A stretch of DNA of 64,000 nt from positions 13,377 through 77,376 of the forward strand of contig CP070802.1 in NCBI GenBank assembly GCA_020343595.1. The letters run 5' to 3'. The position numbers and the translations under genes were made by a program. This document shows positions 1-10,124 of the stretch, in pieces. Position 1 is the first letter of the stretch. Each line of letters opens with the position of its first letter. A model generated the notes under the pieces. It made no database searches. It saw nothing but the letters and a program-made list of their open reading frames with translations, and was not told the origin of the DNA. Source of the stretch: a candidate division WOR-3 bacterium (GTDB lineage: Bacteria > Hydrothermota > Tepidihabitantia > SM23-42).

Positions 1-316
1 CGGGGATGAGACAAGCCAGTATGGCAAGTATCCTCGGTATTCTTTTTTTCTCGAGGATGTCTACGATTGGTGCGAGTATGTATGCAAGGCCCATTCCAAT
101 GATGAAAGGAACGAGGATCGTGAAATAGCTGAACAGTAAAGATAGTAGCAACAGAAGTATGCTCATGAGAAATATCGGCCTCACGCTGCTCTTTTTTCGC
201 TGTGGCCAGAGCATTGCCAGGACGATGAGGAGCAGCCAGAGTGGGGAGAAAGTCTGCGAGATGATCACGAACGCGGCGATAAAGACAAATGCGAGGTAAA
301 GGAATACATTATGCAT
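1..316 (-). CDS. AI-2E (PerM-like) family transporter, N-terminal part; runs off the window edge
   Basis: Manual translation from ATG at 316: MHNVFLYLAF...PFIIGMGLAYILAPIVDILEKKRIPRILAIL. Hydrophobic, with the LAYxLxPxVxxLE motif of this family. Absent from the ORF track because it has no stop in the window. Confidence 0.75.
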   Translation of the reverse strand, partial: MHNVFLYLAFVFIAAFVIISQTFSPLWLLLIVLAMLWPQRKKSSVRPIFLMSILLLLLSLLFSYFTILVPFIIGMGLAYILAPIVDILEKKRIPRILAILACLIP

Positions 317-322
317 GGTGTG

Positions 323-350
323 ATTATATATGACCGGGCTGCGAAATCAA
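323..350 (-). promoter_or_regulatory. sigma70-type promoter, leaderless
   Basis: TTGATT-16nt-TATAAT, then 6 nt to ATG at 316. Confidence 0.65.
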
Positions 351-353
351 GGC

Positions 354-381
354 TTGACTTTTGGGTGCGTATATATAGAAT
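354..381 (+). promoter_or_regulatory. sigma70-type promoter with SD-led start
   Basis: TTGACT-16nt-TAGAAT; AAGGAG before ATG at 399. Confidence 0.65.
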
Positions 382-398
382 AGCAAAAAGGAGACGGT

Positions 399-1688
399 AT
401 GCATCATCTGAAATACATGGTAGTTCCACTTTTTTTATTCGTTGTTGGATGTTCCTTTGAAGACCAAACGCTTCTAAGTATTGGTGAGACCAAATACTCG
501 GTTGCAGATTTTAATGAAAGATATCAGTTCACTGCAGCCGATGATTCTGTCAGAAGGATGAATCTGATCGATGAATATGTGAACCAGATGCTGGCAGTTG
601 AAGAGGCCAAAGATCAGGGCTACGATAGTGATCCGGTTGTGCAGGCAGCCTTTGGGACGAATGAACGGGATGTTATCTGGCGTTCTTACTACAGTGACGT
701 GATTCTTGGTAAAGTCAAAGTCACAGATGGTGAGGTAAGAGATACTTACAACAAGATCGTCGAGCAGTATCACCTTGCACAGATCGTGGTATCAGAGGAG
801 TCCCTTGCGAACTACGTAAGCAATGAGCTTAAGAAAGGTGCATCGTTTGAGGACATGCTGACGTTTTCGCTCGACACAATGTCAGTCGATGGTGATATCG
901 GCACTTTTTCGATAATGTCAATACCGCCAGAGATCATGACCTCCTTGAAGAAGGTGAAAGAGGGCGGCGTGACCGAGCCCATACAATTCGGCGAATACTA
1001 TATGATCTTCAAGGTCATTGACCACTCAATTGCCGAAAGCCCAAAATTTGACGAGGTGAAGGAAAACATTAGAAATAACTTGCGACAAGAGAAGGCAAGG
1101 GCCGAAGGTGAGAAGTATTTCAGCAAATTGATGGAGAGGGCAAGGGTTGAGTATAACCAGGAAGGATTAGATATTCTGCTAAAACCGGAATCGCTGATTA
1201 CGGAGAGTGACCTCAATACCTGGGTGGTGAAGAAGTATGATACGGCATTCGTTTATGTCCGTTCGGTCATAGACGCGGTGCGATATCTCCATACGGGCTC
1301 GCGTGTCGATCCGAAATACTTGATCGATCAAGAACTGATCCCCGATCTGATCTATGACGAAGCGATAAGCAAGTACCACCATAAACAGAAGGTGACCAAA
1401 AGGAAATTGGATAATACCTATACCATGCTACTCTATCAGAAGTATTATTCAGATAATGTGACGGGTAAAGTGACAGTTGATTCGGCAGCGGTCAGGGAGT
1501 ACCTCAAAGAACACCGCGATGAGTTTAAGGATATGGATGCAAAGAGGGCTCATTCAATAGTAACCGTGAGGCTGAGAGAGGGAATGGTCCAGAATTTGCG
1601 GAACGATCTCTTCAGCATGTTACGCGAAAAATACAACCCCGAGGTCAATGAGGCAGTCTTGTCTCGGTTGTTGAAGGAGGAAAAGTGA
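399..1688 (+). CDS. PpiC/parvulin-type peptidyl-prolyl isomerase-like lipoprotein (SurA/PrsA-like)
   Basis: Lipobox (FVVGC); YHLAQIVVSEESLA...KKGASFEDM...GDIGTF...GGVTEPIQFGEYYMIFKV rotamase-like segment. Confidence 0.75.
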   Translation: MHHLKYMVVPLFLFVVGCSFEDQTLLSIGETKYSVADFNERYQFTAADDSVRRMNLIDEYVNQMLAVEEAKDQGYDSDPVVQAAFGTNERDVIWRSYYSDVILGKVKVTDGEVRDTYNKIVEQYHLAQIVVSEESLANYVSNELKKGASFEDMLTFSLDTMSVDGDIGTFSIMSIPPEIMTSLKKVKEGGVTEPIQFGEYYMIFKVIDHSIAESPKFDEVKENIRNNLRQEKARAEGEKYFSKLMERARVEYNQEGLDILLKPESLITESDLNTWVVKKYDTAFVYVRSVIDAVRYLHTGSRVDPKYLIDQELIPDLIYDEAISKYHHKQKVTKRKLDNTYTMLLYQKYYSDNVTGKVTVDSAAVREYLKEHRDEFKDMDAKRAHSIVTVRLREGMVQNLRNDLFSMLREKYNPEVNEAVLSRLLKEEK

Positions 1689-2503
1689 AGTATTTTGTAT
1701 GCTTTTTGGCACTCGTGTTTCTTTTCAATTGTGCGCCTAAAGAAGAAGACGTCATTGTGACCGTAGATGGCTCGAAGCTCACAATGGATGAGTTTGAGCA
1801 GTACGTGCCGGATGTGGATTACAGTCAGATCGGCGAGGATCGCATCCGGGCATTTCTTGATGACTGGGTGCAGCAGGAGATTCTTTATCTACAGGCCAAG
1901 AAACTTGGTGTCGATAAGGAAGACTCGGTAAAATTCGTCCTCGATCAGTACACGAAGAATTTCCTGGCTATGGAACTGGTCCGGCGTGAGTTCGGAGCGA
2001 CCACTGTTACTGAGAAGGAAATAAGGGATTACTTCGAACAGCACAAGGAAGAATTCCTGTATGCGGTAAAACTGGGTCAGATTGTGTTGCCAACACGTGA
2101 ACTGGCAATGAGGACTTCGGAGGAAATAAAGGCAGGGGCTGATTTCTTCAAACTGGCACGTGAAAGATCGCTGGCCCGATATGAGGATCCCGAAAATCCA
2201 CGGATCATCACGGAATTTCTGCCGCGGGGAGTCATTGCCGATTTTGCCATCGAGGAAATGATATTTGAAATGAAAACAGGTGAAATATCAGAGGCAATAC
2301 CCTATGTCCAGGGGACGTATTTGATCGTGAAACTGATCGACAAAAGAAAGATCAAGGCACAGGCCGAATTGACCGATGAGGTGAAGGGTCAGATCTATAA
2401 TTACCTCTTGGCCAGCAAATATCAGGGGTTCCTGACCGAGTATGTCGACAGTCTAAAGGAAACCTACAAGATCACCACTGACCTCACACCCTTAAAGGAA
2501 TGA
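1685..2503 (+). CDS. PpiC-type peptidyl-prolyl isomerase lipoprotein
   Basis: Lipobox (LFNC); VKLGQIV...GADFFKLARERS...GEISEAIP...YLIVKL; GTGA overlap with the previous gene. Confidence 0.8.
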   Translation: MKYFVCFLALVFLFNCAPKEEDVIVTVDGSKLTMDEFEQYVPDVDYSQIGEDRIRAFLDDWVQQEILYLQAKKLGVDKEDSVKFVLDQYTKNFLAMELVRREFGATTVTEKEIRDYFEQHKEEFLYAVKLGQIVLPTRELAMRTSEEIKAGADFFKLARERSLARYEDPENPRIITEFLPRGVIADFAIEEMIFEMKTGEISEAIPYVQGTYLIVKLIDKRKIKAQAELTDEVKGQIYNYLLASKYQGFLTEYVDSLKETYKITTDLTPLKE

Positions 2504-2544
2504 TGTACCGGATCCCCAGTGGTGTCCAACCCGGTTAGCAGACA

Positions 2545-3783
2545 ATGCTGCTGATATTACTGACCGCCGCTCTTGCAGATCAGATCGCTGCCTTTGTAGC
2601 CGATGACGTTATCTTGTGGAGCGAAGTTCAGGAGAATGTGAGTATCTTGAACAACGACCCGGTCGCCCGCAGAATGTTCACTACCGAGGAGGAGATCGAT
2701 GAATATGTTGTCGATCAACTCGTCGCCAATAGACTGTTGTTGATCGAGGCTGAGCGTGAATCAGTTTTTGTCGAAGACGACGCCGTTGCGCCTCTGGTGG
2801 CGCAGAATATCGAGCAACTCAAGAGTAACTTCCCCTCGGATGCGAATTTCTTTGCGTACCTGGAGGAGCAGGGGATCAACATCGAGGAATTGAAGGACTA
2901 TTATCAGGAGAACATAAAATCTCAGATGATAATGGAGAGGTTGATCGCAAAGAAGTTCGCATCGAAGATAATGATCACGCCGATCGCGGTCAAGAGATTC
3001 TACGAGGAGAACAAAGATTCTATTGCCACGGTACCGGGTAGGGTCAAGCTTTCGCATATTCTCTTGCCGGTCCTGCCGAGTGAAGCAGAGATGATGAGGG
3101 GATTCGAGCGGGCAAGCGACGTCTATAAATTGCTCCTGGCCGGTGGTGATTTTGCCGTTCTTGCCGGTGAGTTTTCTGAGGATGAGAACTCAAGAAGGAA
3201 GGGCGGCATGTTAGGCAGGATAAGGAGGGGGGAGACAATTGAGGACTTTGAGGCTATTGTATTTACCTTGAAGCCCGGCACGATTTCACAACCCTTCGCC
3301 ACGAGGTTAGGCTATCATATTGTTGAGGTTATGAACAAGAGTGATGACTGGGTTCTGCTCAGACAGATACTCATCAAGGTCGGCATCGACCGGCAGGATA
3401 CGCTGCGGACAAAAAACTTTGCCATTCGCCTGAAGGGGTTGATCGAACAGGGAGCTGATTTTGACAGTTTGGCCAAAGAGAATTCCAGAGATCCTAATAT
3501 TGATCTTGGTGAATTCTTCATAGAACGGCTCACACCGCCATTCGACAAAGTTGTCGCCGCGATGGAGGAAGGTGAGATCAGTGACCCGGTCCTGACGCCT
3601 TATGGTTATCATCTTCTGTACGTTAGAGAAAAGGTTGCAGAACGCACAATGACTTTTGACGAGATGCGTGATCAGATAATGCAATATCTTTATCAGCAGG
3701 AAGTACAGGAGAAATACGACGAGTTGATCAAGGATCTAAGGGCACGGATATACGTCAAGAGATTCTTCCCCGATTCCGGGTAA
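2545..3783 (+). CDS. surA: SurA-like chaperone with two PpiC domains
   Basis: SurA N-domain-like start (DQIAAFVADDVILWSEV); two rotamase domains (VKLSHIL...DFAVLAGEFSED...GYHIV; DFDSLAKENS...TPYGYHL). Confidence 0.75.
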   Translation: MLLILLTAALADQIAAFVADDVILWSEVQENVSILNNDPVARRMFTTEEEIDEYVVDQLVANRLLLIEAERESVFVEDDAVAPLVAQNIEQLKSNFPSDANFFAYLEEQGINIEELKDYYQENIKSQMIMERLIAKKFASKIMITPIAVKRFYEENKDSIATVPGRVKLSHILLPVLPSEAEMMRGFERASDVYKLLLAGGDFAVLAGEFSEDENSRRKGGMLGRIRRGETIEDFEAIVFTLKPGTISQPFATRLGYHIVEVMNKSDDWVLLRQILIKVGIDRQDTLRTKNFAIRLKGLIEQGADFDSLAKENSRDPNIDLGEFFIERLTPPFDKVVAAMEEGEISDPVLTPYGYHLLYVREKVAERTMTFDEMRDQIMQYLYQQEVQEKYDELIKDLRARIYVKRFFPDSG

Positions 3784-3830
3784 TCCGCTTTTACTCAACA
3801 AATCATATCACATAGTTGGACCCGACATTC

Positions 3831-3866
3831 GCACGGGCAGAATTCCTTTCTGCTGCGTGCTTTGTT
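3831..3866 (+). terminator. Putative intrinsic terminator after the parvulin operon
   Basis: GCACGGGCAGAA-TTCCT-TTCTGCTGCGTGC hairpin followed by TTTGTT. Confidence 0.5.
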
Positions 3867-3918
3867 GATCTCTATTCAGAGTACTTATGCGGCGGATGCT
3901 ACGATGAGGAAAAACACG

Positions 3919-3946
3919 TTGACACGCATGGACGTATGGTTAGAAT
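3919..3946 (+). promoter_or_regulatory. sigma70-type promoter, leaderless
   Basis: TTGACA-16nt-TAGAAT, 6 nt to GTG at 3953, no SD. Confidence 0.75.
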
Positions 3947-3952
3947 TGTGAT

Positions 3953-5311
3953 GTGGACAAACTGGCAGCATATATAGCAAAAGACGCGCATATCCAGAGT
4001 ATTGTTTCACTGAAAGGCGATCTGGACCTGTACATTGTGGGCGGAACGGTCCGGGATATTCTGCTTGACCGACAACCAGAGGATTATGACTTTTCGTTGG
4101 AAGGGTCAGGCATAGACTTCGCCAGGCATGTTGCGCGGAGAACGGGTGGGGCATTTGTCGTTCTTGATGAGAAAGCGGATGAAGCCCGGGTGGTCGTTGA
4201 TGATATTATCTATGATTTCGTGGGCGTTGACCAGGGCGGTGTCGCTTCGGATCTTACGAGGCGTGATTTTACGATAAACGCGATGGCAGTACACGCCGAT
4301 CGGCTTGAGCTGATCGATCCCTGCCACGGATTGCGTGATCTGAAGAAACGAGTGATCCGTCCCGCCTCGGCCGATGCGTTGATCGCTGATCCGCTACGGA
4401 TATTGAGGGGATTCAGATTCTCACTGCAACTCGATTTCGACCTGCACCGGGATTTTACCAAATTCGCCAGGAACATTTCTCTGGAAGATGTTGCTGCGGA
4501 GCGGATCGGGGAGGAATTGTTACGTATCATGTCAACGCCGCGTTCGTTTGATGTGATACTGAAGATCAACCAGTTAGGAGTGTTCAAGCAGATATTCAAG
4601 GAAGCGCAAAAGCTCATCGAGGATTTCGATCTCTGGAATCATTCACTCAACACCTACGGAGCCGTTGAGTACCTGATCGAACACGGGTTCTTCACCCAGC
4701 TTGAGCCTGAATACAACACTTACTTTGCAGAGAGGAATCGGATTGCGCTCTGCAAACTGGCGGGCCTGTTCCATGACGTGGCTAAACCGGATACATTTCT
4801 CATAAAGGATGGTGAAATTCATTTCTACGGACATGATTCAATTGGTGCAAAGATGATCGAGAAGATCGCACACCGCCGTTTGAGGTTCTCTCGGCATGAT
4901 ACCGAAGTTCTGAAGAAATTAGTAAAGGAACATATGCGGTTGCATCTGCTGGCAACCAATCCTGATCTCACCGATCGCGCGATTCGCCGTTTTTTTCGTC
5001 ACCTTGGATTCGATTGGTTTGGAGCCATGATCATCGCGTGGGCTGACGGGTATGCGACCGGTGGTAGGACAAATCATCTCGAGAAGGCATTTCTGAGGAT
5101 GGTTGAATTATACCGTGCCGATATGGCAAAACCGAAGGTCGAGCGACTCGTGAACGGCTATGACCTCATCGCCTTGGGTATGAAACCCGGTCCGAACTTT
5201 AAATTCATACTCCAAGAACTGTTGGACATGCAACTGGAAGGTATCATAAAGGAGAAGGCTGAAGGCCTTGAACAAGCCAAGAAGATCGCAGAGAAGATTA
5301 ACTCGGATTGA
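3953..5311 (+). CDS. Class II tRNA nucleotidyltransferase with HD domain (probably CC-adding type)
   Basis: VGGTVRD...DYDF, DLTRRDFTINAMA, ADPLRILRGFRF, FHDVAKP motifs. Confidence 0.85.
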   Translation: MDKLAAYIAKDAHIQSIVSLKGDLDLYIVGGTVRDILLDRQPEDYDFSLEGSGIDFARHVARRTGGAFVVLDEKADEARVVVDDIIYDFVGVDQGGVASDLTRRDFTINAMAVHADRLELIDPCHGLRDLKKRVIRPASADALIADPLRILRGFRFSLQLDFDLHRDFTKFARNISLEDVAAERIGEELLRIMSTPRSFDVILKINQLGVFKQIFKEAQKLIEDFDLWNHSLNTYGAVEYLIEHGFFTQLEPEYNTYFAERNRIALCKLAGLFHDVAKPDTFLIKDGEIHFYGHDSIGAKMIEKIAHRRLRFSRHDTEVLKKLVKEHMRLHLLATNPDLTDRAIRRFFRHLGFDWFGAMIIAWADGYATGGRTNHLEKAFLRMVELYRADMAKPKVERLVNGYDLIALGMKPGPNFKFILQELLDMQLEGIIKEKAEGLEQAKKIAEKINSD

Positions 5312-5358
5312 CTCATTGTAAAGAAGAACCTCACAACGTATTAATAATGTAGAAACGT

Positions 5359-5386
5359 TTGACACTATGGGATGAATGAGTATAAT
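5359..5386 (+). promoter_or_regulatory. sigma70-type promoter of hslV
   Basis: TTGACA-16nt-TATAAT, 9 nt to ATG at 5396. Confidence 0.75.
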
Positions 5387-5395
5387 ATCATCAGT

Positions 5396-5920
<525 letters not shown>

Positions 5921-5975
5921 GGTAATTCCTCGATCAAAAAGCGTGCCTTGCCAGAGTGACGACTGGGGGCAGCGC

Positions 5976-6818
5976 TTACATGTGGTTGATATTCTGCCTT
6001 GATATCACGATCTTCAACTTGCGCAGCGCGTTCTCCTTGATCTGACGCACGCGCTCGCGCGTGATGTTCATTATTCTGCTTATTTCCTCGAGGGTGTGGG
6101 GTTCATATTCACCCAAACCGAAGTTTCTTTCCAATACCTCCCGCTCCCGAGCTCCGATCTTGCTAAGTGCCTTCTGCAGCTTCTCTTTTTCTGCTTTCTT
6201 TTTGAAGATCACATCCGGAGGCGGTGAGATTAAATTATCTGATCCCTGGATGTCGAGACGAACCGATTCGATGTAAGGATTCTCTGAATCTTCGAAAGCT
6301 TCATCAAGGGAATATGCCGGTATGAGTTCGGACAGCGCGAGGGCGATTGCGCTGGGATCGACTTTGAGGATACGGGCCAGTTCCTCTGGTGTCGGTTCCC
6401 GTCCGTTTTTTTGTATGAATTTCTTTGTCGCGGTCTGCGTTCGGCGGGCAAGAAAGCTCTTGCGGACAATTCCTCGTTGCGCGCTAATCGCCTCGTAGAT
6501 CGCCCTTTTTATCCACCATACAGAATAAGTATTAAAACGGTAACCCTTTCGTTCGTCGAATTTATCTGCGGCATGAATGAGTCCCTCGTTTCCCGCGTTG
6601 ATCAGCTCGGAAAGCCCAAGCCGCTCGTCCTGAAATCTCTTGGCGATGAAGACTACAATTCTAAGATTCGCGCAGATGAGCTTCTTCTTGGCCTCAGTGT
6701 CGTTGTGCTCTCTCGCCCTCTTCGCCAGTGCGAATTCATCATCTTTGCAGAGTATTTTGTACTGACTTATCTCTTCAAGATACTGCTTCAGTCCACGGTC
6801 GCTTACAACCCTGAACAT
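5976..6818 (-). CDS. sigma70-family RNA polymerase sigma factor (RpoD/RpoS-like regions 1.2-4, no region 1.1)
   Basis: LKQYLEEI, NLRIVVFIAKRF, GNEGLIHAADKFD...GYRFNTYSVWWI, GREPTPEELA, TLEEI...TRERVRQI. Confidence 0.92.
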   Translation of the reverse strand: MFRVVSDRGLKQYLEEISQYKILCKDDEFALAKRAREHNDTEAKKKLICANLRIVVFIAKRFQDERLGLSELINAGNEGLIHAADKFDERKGYRFNTYSVWWIKRAIYEAISAQRGIVRKSFLARRTQTATKKFIQKNGREPTPEELARILKVDPSAIALALSELIPAYSLDEAFEDSENPYIESVRLDIQGSDNLISPPPDVIFKKKAEKEKLQKALSKIGAREREVLERNFGLGEYEPHTLEEISRIMNITRERVRQIKENALRKLKIVISRQNINHM

Positions 6819-6871
6819 AAAATTATCCGGCTGCCAGCCTGTCTGACATATTCATATGATTAAAGGCGCGA

Positions 6872-8365
6872 CTACGGAGTGACTGCAATATAGAGCTTTC
6901 GTTCTCCACGCTGGACGATAAAAATGACCGGTTTATCTTTCTCCAGTTTCCTGAGTACATTGCGATAGTCAGTGATGTTCGATATCGTATTATTCCCGAT
7001 ACCAAGTATCACATCAGCAACCCGGAAGCCCGCTTCTTCGGCAGGGGTGTTCGTCTTTATGCCGATAACGATGACCCCGCTCGCCGTCTTGGGTTCGTAG
7101 CGCTCGGCACGGGGGTCTGAGATGTCAATCACTTGTAGGCCTAATTCGTATTCTTCATCCGGTACTTCAGCAGCGGCGGTAACGGTTTCCGGCATCTCGC
7201 CGATCTTGACCGTGAGTTCTTTTGCTTTTTTGCTCCTGATTACTTTGACTTTTACCGACCTGCCGATTTCCGTAGATGCAACCATGATCCTGAAAGATGC
7301 CATATCCTTGACCTTCTTGCCGTCGAATTCCGTGATCACGTCGCCTGCCTTGATACCGGCGCGGTTCGCGGGCGTGTCCTTGAGGACCTCACTGATCAAA
7401 ACGCCATCGAGTGTCGGTAAATCCATTGCTTCTTTAAGGTCTTCGGTGATTTCTTGCAGGTAGACTCCAAGGTATCCCCGCGTGACCTTCCCTTTGGTCT
7501 TCAGCTCTTCGATGACCGACTTCGCGAGACTTGCCGGGATTGCGAAGCCAATGCCAACATTACCGCCACTTGGCGATGTAATCGCAGTGTTGATACCAAT
7601 AACCTCACCCCTTATGTTCACCAGAGGACCGCCAGAATTGCCGGGATTTATGGCCGCGTCGGTCTGAAGGAAACTCTGGAAATCCGGTCCTTCAGGTAGC
7701 ACGATGCCAGCCCGCCCTTTTGCTGAAATTACGCCGACGGTGACGGTGCCTTCGAGATGGAAGGGATTGCCAAAGGCGATCGCCCAGTCTCCGACCTTCA
7801 CTTTCTCCGAATCCCCGAATTTAAGGTACGGTACTTTCTCACCGTTTTCAATCTTGAGCAGAGCAATGTCGGTTCTCGAATCAGTGCCGACGATCGTTAC
7901 TTCATCGCCCCGGAACTCCTGTTTGTTCGTCAGTTTGACAACGATGTCAGAAGCACCTCTGATTACATGGTAATTCGTGACCAGATAACCATCTTCGGAG
8001 ATGAAGAAACCCGAACCAAGCGTCTGTGTTTTCTGTTCCGGTCTCGGTGTGCCTCTGAAAAAATCCTTGAATAGATCTTCCCACGGACCCTCAAAACGCC
8101 ATTCGAATCCCGGGAACGTTCGCGTGACCGTCCGTTCTGCTGAAATGTTTGCGACAGCCGGAGAAACTCCTTCGGCCACATTGGCAAAAGGACTCTCACC
8201 GCTTTTGCCGACCAGCGCAATTGCCGCATCATCCTCAGGACTCGCTTCGCCGCGGTTGGCGAGGTTAGGTAAACTTGCAGTTATTATTATGCCGAAGAGA
8301 AATGCAAAAATAGCCGCCGCGCCAGCAATGATCCCGGCGTTGCGAAGTGAAATATTAGCATGCAT
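6872..8365 (-). CDS. DegP/HtrA (Do-family) serine protease with two PDZ domains
   Basis: LGSGFFI, VTNYHV, DIALLK, QTDAAINPGNSGGPL; N-terminal membrane anchor; SD AAGGAGG. Confidence 0.95.
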   Translation of the reverse strand: MHANISLRNAGIIAGAAAIFAFLFGIIITASLPNLANRGEASPEDDAAIALVGKSGESPFANVAEGVSPAVANISAERTVTRTFPGFEWRFEGPWEDLFKDFFRGTPRPEQKTQTLGSGFFISEDGYLVTNYHVIRGASDIVVKLTNKQEFRGDEVTIVGTDSRTDIALLKIENGEKVPYLKFGDSEKVKVGDWAIAFGNPFHLEGTVTVGVISAKGRAGIVLPEGPDFQSFLQTDAAINPGNSGGPLVNIRGEVIGINTAITSPSGGNVGIGFAIPASLAKSVIEELKTKGKVTRGYLGVYLQEITEDLKEAMDLPTLDGVLISEVLKDTPANRAGIKAGDVITEFDGKKVKDMASFRIMVASTEIGRSVKVKVIRSKKAKELTVKIGEMPETVTAAAEVPDEEYELGLQVIDISDPRAERYEPKTASGVIVIGIKTNTPAEEAGFRVADVILGIGNNTISNITDYRNVLRKLEKDKPVIFIVQRGERKLYIAVTP

Positions 8366-8430
8366 GATGCCTCCTTAAATATTGATCGAGCGTTTTCGTA
8401 CTTATCTTTAGACTGCCGGTAGAAGGTGAT

Positions 8431-8745
8431 CTACTTCTTTTTCGGCAGGCCTTTGCCTATTTTCTTATACTCTGACTTTTTCTTCTGTAATTTCCGAGCG
8501 GTCGTGTTGATCTTACGCACAGCGCCCTTAATCTTCTTCGTGTTCTGCCAGTCGCTTGTTTTCTTTACATAGACCGCCTCGTATACTTCACTACCGAATT
8601 GAGTAAAAGCATCTCTCAATTTTCGGTTCAGATCGAATATCTCAAGTTTTAATGAGCCCTTTTGAGTCAGATCCCCTGCTTCCTTTCCGACCACCTTGGA
8701 GGCGTCGTCAAGCCATTTCACGAGATCATCCCAGATATTTGCCAT
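8431..8745 (-). CDS. Small basic helical hypothetical protein
   Basis: 104 aa, SD AGGAGG, Lys-rich tail, co-oriented between frr and degP. Confidence 0.75.
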   Translation of the reverse strand: MANIWDDLVKWLDDASKVVGKEAGDLTQKGSLKLEIFDLNRKLRDAFTQFGSEVYEAVYVKKTSDWQNTKKIKGAVRKINTTARKLQKKKSEYKKIGKGLPKKK

Positions 8746-8845
8746 TATTCCTCCTTAGCTTTTAGACAAAAGGCCGGTCGTTTGGTTTACCGCCGTAATA
8801 TCAATACCGAAGTAGAGACGGTTCTTACCGGACAGTGCGACCAGC

Positions 8846-9403
8846 TCAGGTTTCGCGGATCTCTTTTTCCTTATCTCGCTGGACTTCATCGACTTTGAGG
8901 ATGTATTGATCGGTGGTATGCTGAATGTCCTCCTGGGCTTTGAAAGATTCATCTTCGGAGACCTTCTTGTCCTTTTCCAGTTTCTTGATCTCATTGTTGG
9001 AATCGCGCCGGATATTTCGGATCGCGACCTTGGTCTCCTCGGCCATTCTTAGCGTGAGTTTGATGAGTTCCTCACGTCGCTCAGTCGTCAGAGGTGGTAC
9101 AGCAAGCCGTATTACATTGCCATCATTGTTTGGAGTCAGTCCTATCGAAGATTTGAATATTGCTTTCTCGATATTTGCCAATGCCGATTTGTCCCACGGT
9201 TGAATTATGATCAAACGCGGTTCGGGTATGCTGATCGTCGCCATCTGGTTGAGCGGTAATTGACTCTCGTAATATTCCACCTTGATACCCTCCAAGAGGG
9301 CGGGCGATGCACGTCCGGTTCTTAATTTGGCAAGTTCCGAGGCAAACAGAGAAAGTGATTTCTTCATCTTTTCCTCAGTACTCTTCTTGATGTCTTCTAC
9401 CAT
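8846..9403 (-). CDS. frr: Ribosome recycling factor
   Basis: LRTGRASP, IQPWDK, PPLTTERR, AIRNIRRD. Confidence 0.97.
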   Translation of the reverse strand: MVEDIKKSTEEKMKKSLSLFASELAKLRTGRASPALLEGIKVEYYESQLPLNQMATISIPEPRLIIIQPWDKSALANIEKAIFKSSIGLTPNNDGNVIRLAVPPLTTERREELIKLTLRMAEETKVAIRNIRRDSNNEIKKLEKDKKVSEDESFKAQEDIQHTTDQYILKVDEVQRDKEKEIRET

Positions 9404-9404
9404 T

Positions 9405-10124
9405 TCATCCTCCGCTGATTATTGTTCCGATCTTTCTGCCGGATAGTACATCGCGCAGGTCGTGTTCGAAGAAGTTGTACACGTAGATCGGAATACCTGC
9501 GTCCCGGCATGTGTTGAATGCAGAGAGATCCATGACTTTCAACTGTTTCTTGATGACTTGCTCGTAACTTATTTCCTTGTAGAATGTAGCGTTCTTGTTT
9601 GTGACGGGGTCGGCTGAATAAACGCCGGCGACTTTTGTGCCTTTGATCAATGCATCCGCACGGAGTTCAACTGCCCTGAGCGCGGCTGCTGTGTCCGTCG
9701 TGAAAAGTGGATTGCCGGTGCCGCCCACAAAGATCAGGATGCCGCCCGAGTTATAGAATTCCAGGTCTGTGAATTTGTTGAACTTCTCAGCAATGCCTTC
9801 CATTGCAATGCCGCTACTCAGCTTCACCCTTTGACCCTTCCTTTCGAGCAATGAGTGAATTACGATACCATTGATCACGGTACCGACCATTCCGCACAGG
9901 TCTGCATCAATATTGTCGAGCCAGGCAGCATCGCGTCCGCGTATGATATTACCACCTCCGACCACGATACCGATTCTTACGTCCATCCTTTTGGCCTGGA
10001 GTATCTGTTCTACGGCATAATTTATCGCCAGCTCATTGAAGGTTTCGTCGTCATTTCCAAAGAATTCTCCCGACAGCTTGAGGATGATCCTTTGGTATTT
10101 TGTAAGGTGGGGCTTTTTTTTCAT
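9405..10124 (-). CDS. pyrH: UMP kinase
   Basis: ILKLSGE, VVGGGNIIRG, GTGNPLFTTDTAAALRA; between tsf and frr. Confidence 0.96.
   Translation of the reverse strand: MKKKPHLTKYQRIILKLSGEFFGNDDETFNELAINYAVEQILQAKRMDVRIGIVVGGGNIIRGRDAAWLDNIDADLCGMVGTVINGIVIHSLLERKGQRVKLSSGIAMEGIAEKFNKFTDLEFYNSGGILIFVGGTGNPLFTTDTAAALRAVELRADALIKGTKVAGVYSADPVTNKNATFYKEISYEQVIKKQLKVMDLSAFNTCRDAGIPIYVYNFFEHDLRDVLSGRKIGTIISGG

Noticed and set aside
8755-8994. 79-aa ORF overlapping the frr 3' end containing RLYFGID
   Set aside because: The resemblance to an RNase H-like GID motif is only a few residues, and most of the ORF is an alternative frame of frr.
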